Shown here one piece after another: positions 62,631 to 64,000 of a DNA stretch of 64,000 nt. Each line of letters starts with the position of its first letter. Position 1 is the stretch's first letter. The stretch covers positions 111,540,001 to 111,604,000 of the forward strand of contig NC_087436.1 in the NCBI RefSeq assembly GCF_036321535.1, in the 5' to 3' direction. The notes below the pieces were generated by a model. That model worked only from the letters and a program-made list of their open reading frames with translations. It was not told the DNA's origin and made no database searches. The position numbers and the translations under genes are program-made. This DNA is from Camelus dromedarius. Lineage: Eukaryota.

Positions 62631-63092
62631 TGTGGTAGGCAGAATAATGACCCCCTTCCAAATGGTCAAGTCATCGTCCCCAGAACCTGTAAATTTGTCA
62701 TATTACAGGACAAAGGAAGAATTAAAGTGTTGGATGGGAATTAAATTTGATAATTGGCTGACCTTAAAATACAGATTATCCTGTATTGTCTGGGGGACCC
62801 AAGGTAAATAGGTCCTTAAAAGTGGAAGAAAGATGCAGAAGAGGAGGTCAGAGTGATGCAATGAGGAAAGGACTCTGATGGTGAGGAAGGGGCCAGAAGC
62901 CAAGGGATGCAGGTGGACTTTAGAAGCTGGCAATTGCAATGGAAATGGATTATCCCTTAGAGCCTTGAGAAAGGAAATGTAGCCCTGCCAGTGTCTCAAC
63001 TGCAGCCCAGTGCCAGACTTCTGACCTCTAGACCTGGAAGGCAATCAGTTCACAGTGTTTCAAGCCACTAAGTTTTTGGTCATTTGTTGTAT
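62631..63092 (+). mobile_element. MaLR solo LTR (MLT1D-like)
   Basis: tgtggtaggcagaataatgacccc...cccagaacctgt...gacttctgacctctaga...caagccactaagtttttggtcatttgtt. Confidence 0.88.
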
Positions 63093-63289
63093 GTCCCAAA
63101 CTGCATGATTACTGTGATCCCACATAAACCTGGGGATTATTTATAATCACTATTATATTATGCATATTCATATTTCTATGGTGAGGTGGAATGATTGTCC
63201 TAAAAGGCTGCAAACAGATTTTTTTAAAATCATTTTTTCTTATATTGTTATAACTTATGCTGCATTCCGTCCTTTAGAATCAAATTGCC

Positions 63290-63383
63290 AGGTCTAGTCC
63301 ACACTCTAAGAGAGGGGATACACAAGGACATGGGTACCAGCAGACAGAGATCATTCGGAGACATTAGGGAGGCTGCCACCATA
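63290..63383 (-). mobile_element. MaLR LTR 5' fragment (MLT1F/G-like)
   Basis: gaggggatacacaaggacatgggtaccagcag...gatcatt...ggaggctgccaccata resembles the reverse complement of an MLT1 start. Confidence 0.55.
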
Positions 63384-64000
63384 GACAAAGAGGAAATAGT
63401 GAATTTTTTCTAATGTTAATCTTCTTTTACCAAATGATTTTGAAAGCCTCTTGAAGTCTTACTACAGGTAAAGTGACCGTATAATATATCATCCAGGCCA
63501 GAACTTTTTGAGACGATGAAATGAGAGGCACTATAAATAACCACTTGGGGGCAGCAAGTTTAAAACAGACTGCCCTTGGAAACCCAGATATATGGTCACT
63601 CCAGTCAAAGGTCATTTTTTCTGGATGTCTTTCTCAGCAGAGTGCCGACACATAACAAATATTTGGCATATATAGCAAAATGATCTCAAGATACACAAAG
63701 GTACTTGGGTCTCTAAATATTTGGTTCTCAAGCACTTTTCATCATAGTCTAATTACGGAGGCTAAGAAACCCTCCTACTATATTTAATCCTATTTTCCAA
63801 TAAAAAAAATAAATCTATACCAATACAGAGATTCCACTCCAAGAATAAATTCCAAAAGAAAGGTGTGTGTAGTACGTAGCCACTGGTTTTAGCATTTGTT
63901 CTCATAAGTACATGTGGTGTATGGTGAAGAGACAGCTGGGTTTCTGGCATCAGAGACTTCTGAGCTCTAGTCCTAACTCTGAGACTTAGTAGGCATGTAA

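Noticed and set aside
1..64000. ORF-track entries as protein-coding genes
   Set aside because: All are under 200 aa, many start at non-ATG codons, and none resembles a cellular protein; the only recognisable peptides are L1, CR1 and Tigger remnants.

Overview
Mammalian non-coding genomic DNA, most likely camelid (alpaca/llama/camel), inferred from four tRNA-derived SINEs of the Vic-1 type and matching young L1 3' ends. I can support no intact protein-coding gene or exon: the ORF track is short, random, repeat-derived or low-complexity. The window is a mosaic of old MIR/L2/L1M fragments, MaLR (MLT1) and other solo LTRs, hAT and TcMar DNA-transposon fossils and lineage-specific L1/SINE insertions, separated by repeat-poor stretches that may be regulatory. 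The most notable items: (1) a ~2.2 kb Tigger/pogo fossil (52617-54843) with Tigger15a-like ends that still shows nearly all transposase motifs and carries a nested hAT MITE; (2) a U6 snRNA-L1 chimeric retrocopy with a perfect 14-bp TSD (8418-8871); (3) a recent 178-bp tandem duplication (3280-3634) next to an inverted L2 tail pair; (4) two ancient CR1/L3 ORF2 fossils; (5) all seven young L1 insertions on the minus strand. I found no convincing new biological system. Repeat family names come from recalled consensus sequences, not a database search, and boundaries of old repeats are approximate.
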